Part shown: positions 27,247 to 36,961 of the stretch, in pieces
How the letters are laid out: every line of letters starts with the position of its first letter
Numbering within the stretch: position 1 is the first letter of the stretch
From: Pseudomonadales bacterium
GTDB taxonomy: Bacteria; Pseudomonadota; Gammaproteobacteria; Pseudomonadales; UBA7434
Assembly: GCA_965659815.1 (NCBI GenBank)
Contig: CBFHXO010000002.1
Location: 794-64,793 of the forward strand
Reading direction: 5' to 3'
DNA: 64,000 nt
The notes under the pieces: model-generated
What the model saw: only the letters and a program-made list of their open reading frames with translations
Database searches by the model: none
What the model was told of the DNA's origin: nothing
Made by a program: the position numbers and the translations under genes

Positions 27247-28092
27247 CGAATTGCCATTGCGCGACTACGTTGGTGATGCGTTTAACTGTTACGGTTGGGT
27301 GCTTTGAGAAGTGTGGAGTTTATATCTATAAAGATTTGTGGATTGGTACGGAAATTTTACTTTTTTTACTTGTGTAAAATAAATTAACCAAAGAAAAGCA
27401 AAAACAACGCACCGCCGTTTTATTGCTTGTGATGACTACGCTGCTTTTAGTGATCGTCGTTATCTGATTTATACCTAAGTCCTTGACATCACGAAATCGC
27501 ATTGCGTTCCAGTACCGAGTTTCCGTCCCTGCACCTGTCGTGACCCTGTAATAGTTTGGCTCATTGCTTTTAACCTCTAACCGAGATTTGAGGGGTCGCT
27601 TCGAGTAGGCTATCCGGATTTTTCATTTGCCATTGGTCTTGGTTTATCGCCTGCTTTTGCCAATGTCGCGTGATATTCAAATCTAAAGCGGGTTTGTATT
27701 TTAAAAAAAGTAAAGCTCTTGCCGATCTGAAAAAAACGGATAGCGGTGTGTTAGAAAAATAGTCGGTACTGATAAGTCAATAGATTTTCAGATATCGAAT
27801 TGTACGCGGTGGTCAGTTATGGGCAACTTTGCTGCTTGATATAGCTTTCGTCTGATCTCCGTGATTAAACGGCGGCAAGTTTACGGCATTCTTTTTTAAG
27901 CAAGAGAAAGGTTGTTTTTCTTGGCTGTCGAAAAAAGTAACTGCCCAGCACAGTATCCCGTGCAGCCAACCCTGCAAACAATCTAGAAAAATACAAAAAC
28001 GCCCGACTACTCAACAGAACACCCCCCCCCTCCCATGCGAATCCTAAAAAAAAGCCTCATTCACCCAAAAAATCGTGTAGCATCGCCTCCCA

Positions 28093-28953
28093 ATGTTACC
28101 TATCCGTCCTCAATTAATTGTCGTTGCCATCACCGCCATTAGCACCATGGCGCTGGTGCCCGTACTAGTGAGCAGTATTGGCACCAACGAAGTAACCATT
28201 GGTATAGCGCGTGTCATAATCGCCTGCGCGGTCTTAACGCCGCTATTAATCCGTCGCCAGTATTTTAAGCAGCTCAAAGCACGTGAGTGGTTAATCATGC
28301 TCGCCATCGGCGTGGTATTTGGCATCCACTGGCTCACTTATTTTTACGCCATTAAACATACTACCCCGTCACTCGGCGCCCTGTCCCTTTCTACCTACGG
28401 CATCCATATGCTGTGGATTAATGCATTAATACAATCCAAGCGACCCTCCCAATCCGATACCTTGGCCATCGCACTGTGCTTTGTTGGTTGTATTATTGTC
28501 ACGCCCTCGCTAGACCTGGCTAACGATGTGACCTTTGGCTTTGCCGTGGGTGTTTTTAGTGGGCTGTTGTACGCGTGCCTTCCCTTTATGCACCAGCGCA
28601 TAGCATACTTGCCCACGGCCTTGCGCAGTTGGGCACAATTTGGTTTTGCCGGATTATTTTTTATGCTGTTTTGGCCGCAAACCCACTGGCAGTTAGACAG
28701 CGCCGATTGGTCGCGACTGCTGGCATTGGGGGTGGTTTGTACACTGGTGGCGCATACGCTATGGGTCAAAGCCACGACCGAACTACCCGCCGTGGTAGCC
28801 AGCGCCTGCCACTATCTCTATATTCCTATTGCAATGGCGCTGAGTTATTACTTTATGAATGAAGCCATAACAACAAACAAGGTGGTTGGTGCAATACTGA
28901 TTGTTGGCGCCTGCCTGTTGGGCATACTGCTGCCGGCATTACGTCGTCGGTAA
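28093..28953 (+). CDS. EamA/DMT superfamily transporter
   Basis: 286 aa with about 10 TM helices in two EamA-like halves. Confidence 0.85.
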   Translation: MLPIRPQLIVVAITAISTMALVPVLVSSIGTNEVTIGIARVIIACAVLTPLLIRRQYFKQLKAREWLIMLAIGVVFGIHWLTYFYAIKHTTPSLGALSLSTYGIHMLWINALIQSKRPSQSDTLAIALCFVGCIIVTPSLDLANDVTFGFAVGVFSGLLYACLPFMHQRIAYLPTALRSWAQFGFAGLFFMLFWPQTHWQLDSADWSRLLALGVVCTLVAHTLWVKATTELPAVVASACHYLYIPIAMALSYYFMNEAITTNKVVGAILIVGACLLGILLPALRRR

Positions 28954-28975
28954 GTGCCTGGATTTAAAGCTGGGT

Positions 28976-30022
28976 TTAACAACAATTGACCGGATCAATT
29001 GCGTTGTTAGTTTTGGCAAAGGGTACTGGTGTGCCACAGCCTTCAAAAATGCCAAAGTGCTTATCCCAATTGCCGATAAACTCAAAGTGCGGTTTAAAAC
29101 GCGACTCGTGTAGCATGAGCCAGGTGTTGCCACATACCGGGAACACTTTACCGGTTGGCATGCAGTGATGACTATCCAGGCAAAATGATTCTGGCAGGTG
29201 TTCAATACTGCCTTTATAAATTACGGCCTGGCCGTAGTCTTCACATGCCGGTTCTAGCTGGTCAATTTTAAATAGCCGATAGGTTGCCGAATAAAAATTA
29301 ATATGCCCAATCAGAGCTTCAATATCTGGGTTTTCTATACCTAGCGGGCGGTCGTTGACCAGGCGCGGGTCGAGAAAGCCATTGCGCTTTGCCAGCTGGA
29401 TAAAATCGTTCCAGTACAGTGCACCACTTAGGCATTCACCGTACAGCAACGGATTTTGTACCAAGGTTTGCGGTATGCGACGGTCAGCATAAACATCCGA
29501 AAAATACATTTCGCCGCCAGGTTTTAATAGTCGGTAGGCTTGTTCTAGCACGGCGTTTTTATCTTCGGATAGATTAATTACGCAGTTGGAAACAATAATA
29601 TCGAAACTGTTATCGTCAAAATCCAGTTGATCGAGTTTTTCGATATAGCCGTGATAAAAATCAATATTGGCGCGCTGATAGCCAAAGCTTTCGGTGTGGT
29701 ATTGAATATGTTGCCTGGCAACCGCCAATTGTTCTTCAGTCATATCGACGCCGGCAACAAAGCCGTGTTCGCCGACCAGCGACGATAAAACGTAGGCATC
29801 GCGGCCTGAGCCACTGCCTAGGTCGAGTATGCGCAGGCCGTCGAGTAACTCGGGTGCAACCAGGCCGCAGCCATAGTATTTCATCATGACTTCGTCATGA
29901 ATCTTGCTAAGAATCGCTTTGATATGCTCGGGCGGCGTTTCAAGCATACAGCAGGCATCGGTTTGCAGGTCGTCAGAGCTTGCGAGGGTTTTGCCGTAAT
30001 AATCTTTTACTTGTTCGAGCAT
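28976..30022 (-). CDS. arsM: Arsenite S-adenosylmethionine methyltransferase-like protein
   Basis: 348 aa. The N-terminus YYGKTLASSDDLQTDACC...YYGCG, the SAM motif ILDLGSGSGRD and conserved downstream Cys residues (SNCVINL, YGECLSG) fit ArsM. Confidence 0.8.
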   Translation of the reverse strand: MLEQVKDYYGKTLASSDDLQTDACCMLETPPEHIKAILSKIHDEVMMKYYGCGLVAPELLDGLRILDLGSGSGRDAYVLSSLVGEHGFVAGVDMTEEQLAVARQHIQYHTESFGYQRANIDFYHGYIEKLDQLDFDDNSFDIIVSNCVINLSEDKNAVLEQAYRLLKPGGEMYFSDVYADRRIPQTLVQNPLLYGECLSGALYWNDFIQLAKRNGFLDPRLVNDRPLGIENPDIEALIGHINFYSATYRLFKIDQLEPACEDYGQAVIYKGSIEHLPESFCLDSHHCMPTGKVFPVCGNTWLMLHESRFKPHFEFIGNWDKHFGIFEGCGTPVPFAKTNNAIDPVNCC

Positions 30023-30265
30023 AGCATTATAGCCTTGGTATATTTGTCAGCGTGTGTGGCTTATTATCAACCGCCAGTTGATGGTGGTTGAATGTGCGTT
30101 ATATGATTCATTATTCGAATCAGTGTACTGTAACAATACCGCTATTGGCAGAAATAGTTTCAGTCCATCGACCAATTGCAGCTATTAGCAACGGGTTAAG
30201 CGGGCCGGTGCGATTTTTTGTAGATAGATACTATTTTGTGTAGCTAGATACTACTGGGTGTTTCT

Positions 30266-30817
30266 ATGCCGCTAGATCGTGCGCAATCACTATGGGATTT
30301 TGCCGTTAGTCTGTACGGACATGCGCAGGTTAAGTCTTGCTGCCTGTCTTTACAGGCGCGCGCCGATATCGATGTGTGCGTATTGCTGGCGGTGGCATGG
30401 CTTGCCAGCCGCGGGCGTTTGCTCGACAGTGCTGAGCTGCAGTCGCTATTGGCGGTTGCCAGCCCCTGGCGGCAGCAACTGATGCTACCAATTCGCGCTT
30501 TGCGCAATACTTTACGCCCATCTAATGAAAGTCCGCAAAGCCAGCAAACGCCATTGCCCCACAGTGATATTGAGGCAATGTATGCACAGCTAAAAAACCT
30601 GGAGCTTGATGCTGAGCGGCGCCAGCTCACACAAATGCAGCAGTGGCTTGAAAACCATTTGCTGCAGCCTGCGCGCAGTGGGCCAGCCCATGCCAGCGCA
30701 CTTGCCAGTGGTGACTGTATTGATGCAAATATACAGTGCTACCTTAGTCGTTTTGCCGTTTTAAAAACCGATACTGTCTGTGAAACGGCAGCGCTTTTTC
30801 GCCAATATGTGAATTAA
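30266..30817 (+). CDS. TIGR02444/DUF2390-like conserved hypothetical protein
   Basis: 183 aa. LWDFAVSLYGHAQVKSCCLSLQARADIDVCVLL resembles that family as I recall it. Confidence 0.55.
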   Translation: MPLDRAQSLWDFAVSLYGHAQVKSCCLSLQARADIDVCVLLAVAWLASRGRLLDSAELQSLLAVASPWRQQLMLPIRALRNTLRPSNESPQSQQTPLPHSDIEAMYAQLKNLELDAERRQLTQMQQWLENHLLQPARSGPAHASALASGDCIDANIQCYLSRFAVLKTDTVCETAALFRQYVN

Positions 30818-30958
30818 CCGCGTTAGCCACCGCAATAAAGCTGACAAATTTGGCTAATATTATTGGGTTAGCCTGCGATGGTGTCGTATGTCTCATATCC
30901 TGGATTCCCGCTTCGCCTGTCTGTTGAATCCTGGCCAATTAAACAAGGAACTGCAGCA

Positions 30959-31576
30959 ATGAAGATGCTCGGCATTAAATTGATTCTGATGTTGGTATTT
31001 TTGGGTTTTGTCGCCCCGATGTTTATTCGTGGCCCCGATGGACAGCCGATTATGACCCTGGACGACTGGATTCCGAGCGATGCAATTGCCTGGTCTGAGC
31101 GTCAGCTCAACCATTTGCGCAATTGGTTTGATGAGCTGGGAGCCGCTGAGGGCTTTGCTGGATATGACGATCAGGCCGAAGGCAATGTGGGTGGCGTGGT
31201 AGGCGCCGGGTCTGAAATTTATCGCTGGCGCGATGCTAATGGTGTGCTGCACTTAAGCGATACTCCGGTTGACCGGGCGGGCAAGCTAGTGGTGCCTGAA
31301 AATGGGCTGGAAATACCGTCCGGTCGCTTTGTGCAAAGCGGTTTAGCGCCGCCCAAGCCCAAGTCACGATCCAGCCGTTCATCCGGTGCAATTCTGCTCG
31401 AAGAGCGGGAGTTTCCGCCTAAATCGGCTAACAGTGGTGATGGCGCGGCAAGCTTGCAGGACGTTGGCGATATTGCCAATGGTGATTTCTCCAATGCCGG
31501 TAATGTAGCGGCTAACCTGCCGGAGTTGATTGAACAGCTAAAAACGGCCCGGCATGCGGTGCGCGATACAAACTAG
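30959..31576 (+). CDS. DUF4124 domain-containing protein
   Basis: Start at the ATG at 30959 (MKMLGIKLILMLVF... signal/anchor). IYRWRDANGVLHLSDTP is the DUF4124 signature. Confidence 0.7.
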   Translation: MKMLGIKLILMLVFLGFVAPMFIRGPDGQPIMTLDDWIPSDAIAWSERQLNHLRNWFDELGAAEGFAGYDDQAEGNVGGVVGAGSEIYRWRDANGVLHLSDTPVDRAGKLVVPENGLEIPSGRFVQSGLAPPKPKSRSSRSSGAILLEEREFPPKSANSGDGAASLQDVGDIANGDFSNAGNVAANLPELIEQLKTARHAVRDTN

Positions 31577-31748
31577 TCAATGATAAAGCGTTCAAAAATC
31601 ACTCAGCGTTCGTCGTTTTATGGTTCGACTGGCGGTGAATCGAAAGCGCCGATTTAGCTTTGTCGATTGCCTACTCGACAAGGTCGCTTTCAGGCGCTAG
31701 TCTACGCGGCTTCTAATTATCAGCTAATGAAACACACAGGAATATTAA

Positions 31749-32486
31749 ATGAATAAGTTGAAATCGGCATTCGCAGTAGTAATGACCCTGGCTTTGCTGG
31801 CCGCATGCAAACAGGAAACCGCTGGCTTGTCGCGCGCGACTGACGCCCCGGATACCGATTTGCAAAAGCAAAGCTATGCACTGGGTAGCAATATGAGTAA
31901 TAGCTTAAAGCAGGCCAGTGTCGAAATTGACCAAGCGTATTTTAATGCCGGCTTTTATGACACCATTGACGGCCAACAGTTAATGACAGTAGAGGACATG
32001 CAGGCGGCACTGATGGCTATGCGTGATGCCGCACAAGCGCAGCAGCAAGCTCAGCGTGCCGAAATGATAGAAGCTAACCTGGCTTCTGCAAATGAAAGCC
32101 TGGCCGCCAATGCAGAACTTAAAGGCGTTGTAACCACCGACAGTGGTTTACAATATAAAGTGCTTGAAACCGGTGATGGCGCGATGCCAACAGCATCGGA
32201 TATGGTTACCGTGCACTACGAAGGTCGACTGTTTGACGGTACGGTATTCGACAGTTCCATCGAACGTGGTGAGCCGGCAACGTTTCCTGTGGGTGGTGTC
32301 ATTGCCGGCTGGACCGAAGCCTTGCAACTGATGTCTGTGGGCTCAAAGTGGCAGCTATTTATCCCACCTGCGCTAGCATACGGTGAAACTGGCGCGGGCA
32401 ATGTTATCCAGCCAAATGCAGCATTGGTATTTGATGTTGAGTTGCTGGCTATCGAAACGCCAGAACCCGCTGCAGAAGCAGAATAA
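31749..32486 (+). CDS. FKBP-type peptidyl-prolyl cis-trans isomerase (lipoprotein, FkpA/Mip-like)
   Basis: 245 aa. Has the lipobox LLAAC, an FKBP_N helical region, and an FKBP domain (VTVHYEGRLFDGTVFDSS...LVFDVELL). Confidence 0.92.
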   Translation: MNKLKSAFAVVMTLALLAACKQETAGLSRATDAPDTDLQKQSYALGSNMSNSLKQASVEIDQAYFNAGFYDTIDGQQLMTVEDMQAALMAMRDAAQAQQQAQRAEMIEANLASANESLAANAELKGVVTTDSGLQYKVLETGDGAMPTASDMVTVHYEGRLFDGTVFDSSIERGEPATFPVGGVIAGWTEALQLMSVGSKWQLFIPPALAYGETGAGNVIQPNAALVFDVELLAIETPEPAAEAE

Positions 32487-32620
32487 GCTGCGCTTGCTCA
32501 ATAGCGCTAATCATTGGCAAGTGAGCGCCAGTGTGCAGTGGGCGTGATAGTGAAATGATAACGCGTGTCGACAGAGGTATTAACACTGCTGATTGACTTG
32601 TAGATCAAGCGTATAAAAAA

Positions 32621-32665
32621 AGCCGACCCTAGCGCCAGCTATTGGTAAATAGGTCGGCTTTTTTG
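32621..32665. terminator. Bidirectional Rho-independent terminator between convergent genes
   Basis: AAAAAA-AGCCGACC...GGTCGGCT-TTTTTT, an 8-bp GC-rich stem flanked by an A-run and a T-run. Confidence 0.8.
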
Positions 32666-32727
32666 TGGGTGTATGGTTTGTTTGCGAGAGTTTGCGACGG
32701 TAAGATTTATCCGTCAGTCAATACCGC

Positions 32728-33744
32728 TTATTTTAATACGTGGGCAAAGCCATCGGAGGTGATTACCCGGTAGTCGCCATTGCTACCGAACTCCAGCGCT
32801 AACACCGCTGCGCTGGTGGGTGCTACAGCGTCGCGCTTGGGCATTTGCCAACGCTTGATTTCCTTTAAAGTACTGGTACTCCAAAGCTGCACGATACGGC
32901 TGGAAGTGCCGGTAAGCAAATACTGACTATCGTCAGAAAAGGCAACGGCAGTAAATATTAAACCGCGGGCAATTGCGCTGGACATTAATGGAATGTTGCC
33001 AAGCGATTCGCCCGTGGCGGTATCCCATAGTGCGGCTTTATCGTATTTGGCCATGGTAAATGCCAGTGTGCCATCGGGAGAAAGTGCAACCAGCTGAACT
33101 TCGTCATTGTGATCCCAGCGTTGCAGCTCGGTGGCGGTCTGCATATCCCACAGTCGCGCTGAGTAATCTTCAGAACCGGTGAGCACGCGGTTGCGCTTGG
33201 TATCAATAGCCACCGCGTTCACCCTGCCGTCATGATAAAACACCTGCTGTACACCACCATTGCGCACGTCAAACAGTGCGGCGCTGTGGTCAACCATACC
33301 GAGTAAAGCCAGCTGCGCCTCTGGCAACAAGCTAATATCAAGAATTTCACTGGGGGCGGTCCAGTAGGTTAAGCTTGCACCGCTATTGGCATCCCACAAC
33401 ACCATGGTTTGTGGTGTAGCGGTAATGGCGAAGTTACCGTCGGGTGAAAAAGCGGCGCTAATAATTTGTGAGTAGTCGTCCTTTTTGTGATTCCAGTTAA
33501 ACTGGCGCTCGTTGGGGCCAAATTGCCACAAGCTGCCGCCGTGGTAAATGGAGCCTACAATTGCACGGGCGCCGTCGTCACTGAATTGGGCGGAGTACAA
33601 ACCATGTACTGCGTATTCGTAGCTGGCCCCGGGGGGGTCACCGTCGGCGCAGCTGCTTAACAGCCCCATTATTGTTACAACGCTTATCAGGCTGCCCAGC
33701 CGTTTGCCAATTTGGCAAGTATCATAAAAATGCGTCAATGACAT
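32728..33744 (-). CDS. WD40/beta-propeller repeat lipoprotein
   Basis: 338 aa. Has the lipobox LLSSC and repeated ...LWD/ALWD/RLWD blades. Confidence 0.8.
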   Translation of the reverse strand: MSLTHFYDTCQIGKRLGSLISVVTIMGLLSSCADGDPPGASYEYAVHGLYSAQFSDDGARAIVGSIYHGGSLWQFGPNERQFNWNHKKDDYSQIISAAFSPDGNFAITATPQTMVLWDANSGASLTYWTAPSEILDISLLPEAQLALLGMVDHSAALFDVRNGGVQQVFYHDGRVNAVAIDTKRNRVLTGSEDYSARLWDMQTATELQRWDHNDEVQLVALSPDGTLAFTMAKYDKAALWDTATGESLGNIPLMSSAIARGLIFTAVAFSDDSQYLLTGTSSRIVQLWSTSTLKEIKRWQMPKRDAVAPTSAAVLALEFGSNGDYRVITSDGFAHVLK

Positions 33745-34077
33745 AGAAACTCTGGTTTATGTAAACCGCTCGGTAAAAACAACGGCTTGCGCCGCTAACA
33801 GCGAAAAGGTAGCGCAAAATTCATAGCCGTGCCAGCTAAACTTAAGGCGCCAGACACGGCGCATGTTATGTTCAGTATAAAAATAAAGCAGCAATCAGCT
33901 GTCGGGCGAGCGGTAGTTACTGTGGAGTACGAAATGGGCATAGCACTGACGCCTGAGGGGAAGCATGCAGTGCTATTCCATAAACGGGCCAAACCATTGC
34001 GAATGTTGCCGCAAATGTTGCTGTCGTTATGCTTATTGTTCTAGCGCCAGCGGTTGTTGCGATTACGTTTGAGCTAT

Positions 34078-34575
34078 TTAAGCGCTCGCAATTAATTCAC
34101 GGTGAGCGTAGTGCAGGCTTTCTATTAACTGGTCTTCCAGTTCAAAGCGTGACACCAGCGTTTCACCTAGCTGTGATAATTCTCGTGCCAGGTTGGGTAC
34201 TAAAGCACTGTCGTCAGCTGCAGACATCACTGCATCAAAGTTATCGTTAAACTGAAGCACTTTCTCGGTTGTCTTGCTGACTTCAGGATAGAGTCGCCGG
34301 GCAACGTCCAAGCCCTGGCCATCGTTAAATTCTTCCGCTTCCTGTATCAGGTGGTCATAGACCTCAAAATGCCCCGCCGAAATATAGTCGACCATTAGCT
34401 CACAAAAGTGACGCAAGCCATCGGTGGTATCTTTTGCGTAAATGGAAGATGAGTCGTGAACGCCGCTGACGGTGCAAAACTCAACAATCAGTTCTTGTCT
34501 TTGTTGCAGCCAGCTGTCCAGTATTTTACTGACGCCGCCCCAACGCTCTTTGACAGATTTACAATTCTCTAACAT
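34078..34575 (-). CDS. algQ: Rsd/AlgQ family anti-sigma-70 regulator
   Basis: Start at the ATG at 34575 (MLENCKSVKERWGGVSKILDSWLQQRQELIVEFC...), the typical Rsd/AlgQ opening. Adjacent to a DsbB-family gene, as in Pseudomonas. Confidence 0.85.
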   Translation of the reverse strand: MLENCKSVKERWGGVSKILDSWLQQRQELIVEFCTVSGVHDSSSIYAKDTTDGLRHFCELMVDYISAGHFEVYDHLIQEAEEFNDGQGLDVARRLYPEVSKTTEKVLQFNDNFDAVMSAADDSALVPNLARELSQLGETLVSRFELEDQLIESLHYAHRELIASA

Positions 34576-34981
34576 CACATGTTTCCTTTTATGGCCCCTA
34601 CACCGGCTTTCGCTGGCGGCGTCTTTATAACGCAAATTTTGCTTTATGGTTTACCTGGCTCATTGAATGTTGTTCTCAATAAGCGAGTTAATATTCAGCT
34701 TAGAAAAGGAATTGGGCTTTCTCAAGAAAGCAGTACGCGAACAATTAACAATAATATGAAGATATAATCATAACTATATGAATTTCATAGTTTATTTTTA
34801 TTTTTCTTGCCGTGTGAATTACATCTTTTAAAGGCTGGAGCAAGCAATTATTGCTGTTTAGAAGTAAGCGCTAACTAACTATTGGCTGATGAGTGATCGA
34901 TATCAGTGTACTGACCCGCTGCAGATTAGCATTGGGTGCTTAGCGTGCTGCATTTACTATGAATGCTGTGGTTATTGCCCG

Positions 34982-35503
34982 TTAATTGCGCTGGCTTGTC
35001 GGCTCGCTTACATAAATTTGCAGCAGCCAAGCAATAGCCAGGCCGATAAACGCGATTAACGTCCAGCCTGGAATACTGAGGCCAAGAAATTGCCAGGTGA
35101 CCTCGGCGCAATTGCCGTCACCGCGCAGCAGAATACTGAGTGCTTCAGAGACCGGAAAAGTCTCAAAAATAAAATCAATACTGGGGCCGCAGGCCGGTGC
35201 TTCGTCGGCGGGCAAGCTTTGCAAGTAGAGTTGGCGGGTAGAAAAACTACCACCGGCAATAGCGGCCAGTGAACCCAGCGCTCCATAAATCATCGCACCG
35301 GTGCGTTGTACTTTTTGTAGAGCTGCTAATAATGCTAGGCCGCCGCATAGAACTAAAAAGAATCGCTGGGTGATGCATAGCGGGCAGGGCTCCAGCCCTT
35401 CGACATACTGCAGGTAATAGCCAAAACTCATTAGGCCAACAACGCCACCAAAAATTGCCAGGCGAATACGTTGTGCGGTTAAAAAATGGGGTAAATCGGA
35501 CAT
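34982..35503 (-). CDS. dsbB: Disulfide bond formation protein B
   Basis: 173 aa with 4 TM helices, a CPLC pair in loop 1 and a second Cys pair (CGP...C) in loop 2. Confidence 0.9.
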   Translation of the reverse strand: MSDLPHFLTAQRIRLAIFGGVVGLMSFGYYLQYVEGLEPCPLCITQRFFLVLCGGLALLAALQKVQRTGAMIYGALGSLAAIAGGSFSTRQLYLQSLPADEAPACGPSIDFIFETFPVSEALSILLRGDGNCAEVTWQFLGLSIPGWTLIAFIGLAIAWLLQIYVSEPTSQRN

Positions 35504-35909
35504 GCTGCTCTCCGCTAGTATTTGGCATACGCAGCTTCCGGTCAGGGTTTACTATACTGTGCGGTGGCTGCTGTTTTTATGGTTCAATGGCTAGTGTCGG
35601 CTATTGCACTTGGTTATTGAACTTCGATATTGGATTTTAACGCTTTGCCGTTAAATGTTGATTGCACTAAGACTAGTATATGTTATAAAAATGATCTAAC
35701 CGCTTTGATAGCCGCTTTTTAATCGATTAATAAAGGCAGATAACCATCGCTGTTGTTAATTTCTGACCACGGTGTGATCAATAAGTTTGCATTTAGTTAA
35801 TCGCACGGCGATCAACGGATACCTGCGCTGGTGAATCCCTTTAACGCGATCGATACACCAGCCCTGGGGCTGTTCCATTGTTTTTAATACTGGCAGGAGC
35901 ACTTACGCT

Positions 35910-36329
35910 GTGATAACGAAACGACTGTATACCCTCTTAATGACGTTACTCTTGGCTTTGAGCTTACCGTCTGGTAGCTGGGCTAATGATGATGAGGGTA
36001 TCGATTCGGAGTCGATTTATGTCGCTATTGAGCCGGCGTTGGTAACCAATTATGGCGGCCCGGGTCGTTTACGGTATATGAGTGTTGAAGTGTCGTTACG
36101 GGTTGCGGGTTCTGAGGGCGAGGCCAGTGTCACCCGGCATATGCCTAATATAAAAGATACCCTGTTAAGCCTGTTCGCCATTCAGACCACCGAAACCATT
36201 AGCGATGCCGAGGGTAAAGAGGCGTTGCGGGTTGAATCGTTTGAGCGGGTATCGGCCATGCTGGCAGAGGAAGATACTGAAAGCTTGCTTGAAGATTTAT
36301 TGTTTACCGCATTTGTGGTTTACCGCTAG
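35910..36329 (+). CDS. FliL-like flagellar basal-body-associated family protein (orphan)
   Basis: 139 aa, GTG start, with a signal/anchor. The YVAIEPALVTN...RYMSVEVSL...KDTLLSLF...FTAFVV pattern fits FliL. No flagellar genes are nearby. Confidence 0.65.
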   Translation: MITKRLYTLLMTLLLALSLPSGSWANDDEGIDSESIYVAIEPALVTNYGGPGRLRYMSVEVSLRVAGSEGEASVTRHMPNIKDTLLSLFAIQTTETISDAEGKEALRVESFERVSAMLAEEDTESLLEDLLFTAFVVYR

Positions 36330-36937
36330 AGCTGGATTAGCGCCGCTCTTTGACTACCCGCAAACTGCTGTATATCGCGGTAAATCGCGATAAATTCATT
36401 AAGCCATAGCGGTGCCAACTGCCACATCTGTTCGCTGGCTAAGCGAAACTCATCGACGCGATTAATGCGCTCGCCAATCCGAACAATAATAGCGTCAATC
36501 GTTTCGCGCCGGGAATAATTATTTAATAAATCGTATTGCTCCATATGCCGGTATAGCTGCCTGGCATCGCCGCTCATATGTTGTTGGTGCTGTTTCAATA
36601 CGCTAAGTATTTCAGCCGTATAGTCGGTTAATGCTCGCGAATCCAATTGCCTCCAGTGGTGGCTAAGTGCGTAATCGCAAAATAGGTCGAGAACAATTCC
36701 TTTGTAGCGCCTTAACTCAGGTGTTAGTTGATTGCCCAGCGAGAGCAGTGTCGGGTGCTGATCGACATAGCTGTCAATTTGTCTGTGTAATTTGATGCCC
36801 TGCACGATATCGGCAGGCAGCGCCAGTGTATTGATACGTTGTTTAGTGAGTGGGCCTTTAACAAAGTCACCGAGCAAGGCGCCAACCCGCATGCCGTCGG
36901 TATCGCCAGCTAAATGAAAGTGGGCAAGAAAATTCAT
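36326..36937 (-). CDS. acpH: Acyl carrier protein phosphodiesterase
   Basis: 203 aa. MNFLAHFHLA...GALLGDFVKG is the AcpH signature. Confidence 0.85.
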   Translation of the reverse strand: MNFLAHFHLAGDTDGMRVGALLGDFVKGPLTKQRINTLALPADIVQGIKLHRQIDSYVDQHPTLLSLGNQLTPELRRYKGIVLDLFCDYALSHHWRQLDSRALTDYTAEILSVLKQHQQHMSGDARQLYRHMEQYDLLNNYSRRETIDAIIVRIGERINRVDEFRLASEQMWQLAPLWLNEFIAIYRDIQQFAGSQRAALIQL

Positions 36938-36961
36938 CTACAGCCGCTGTTAGGTTAACGA

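Noticed and set aside
36326-36329. Convergent fliL-like and acpH genes share a palindromic CTAG, so both stop codons overlap.
   Set aside because: It is a real but trivial consequence of tight convergent packing, with no further structure.
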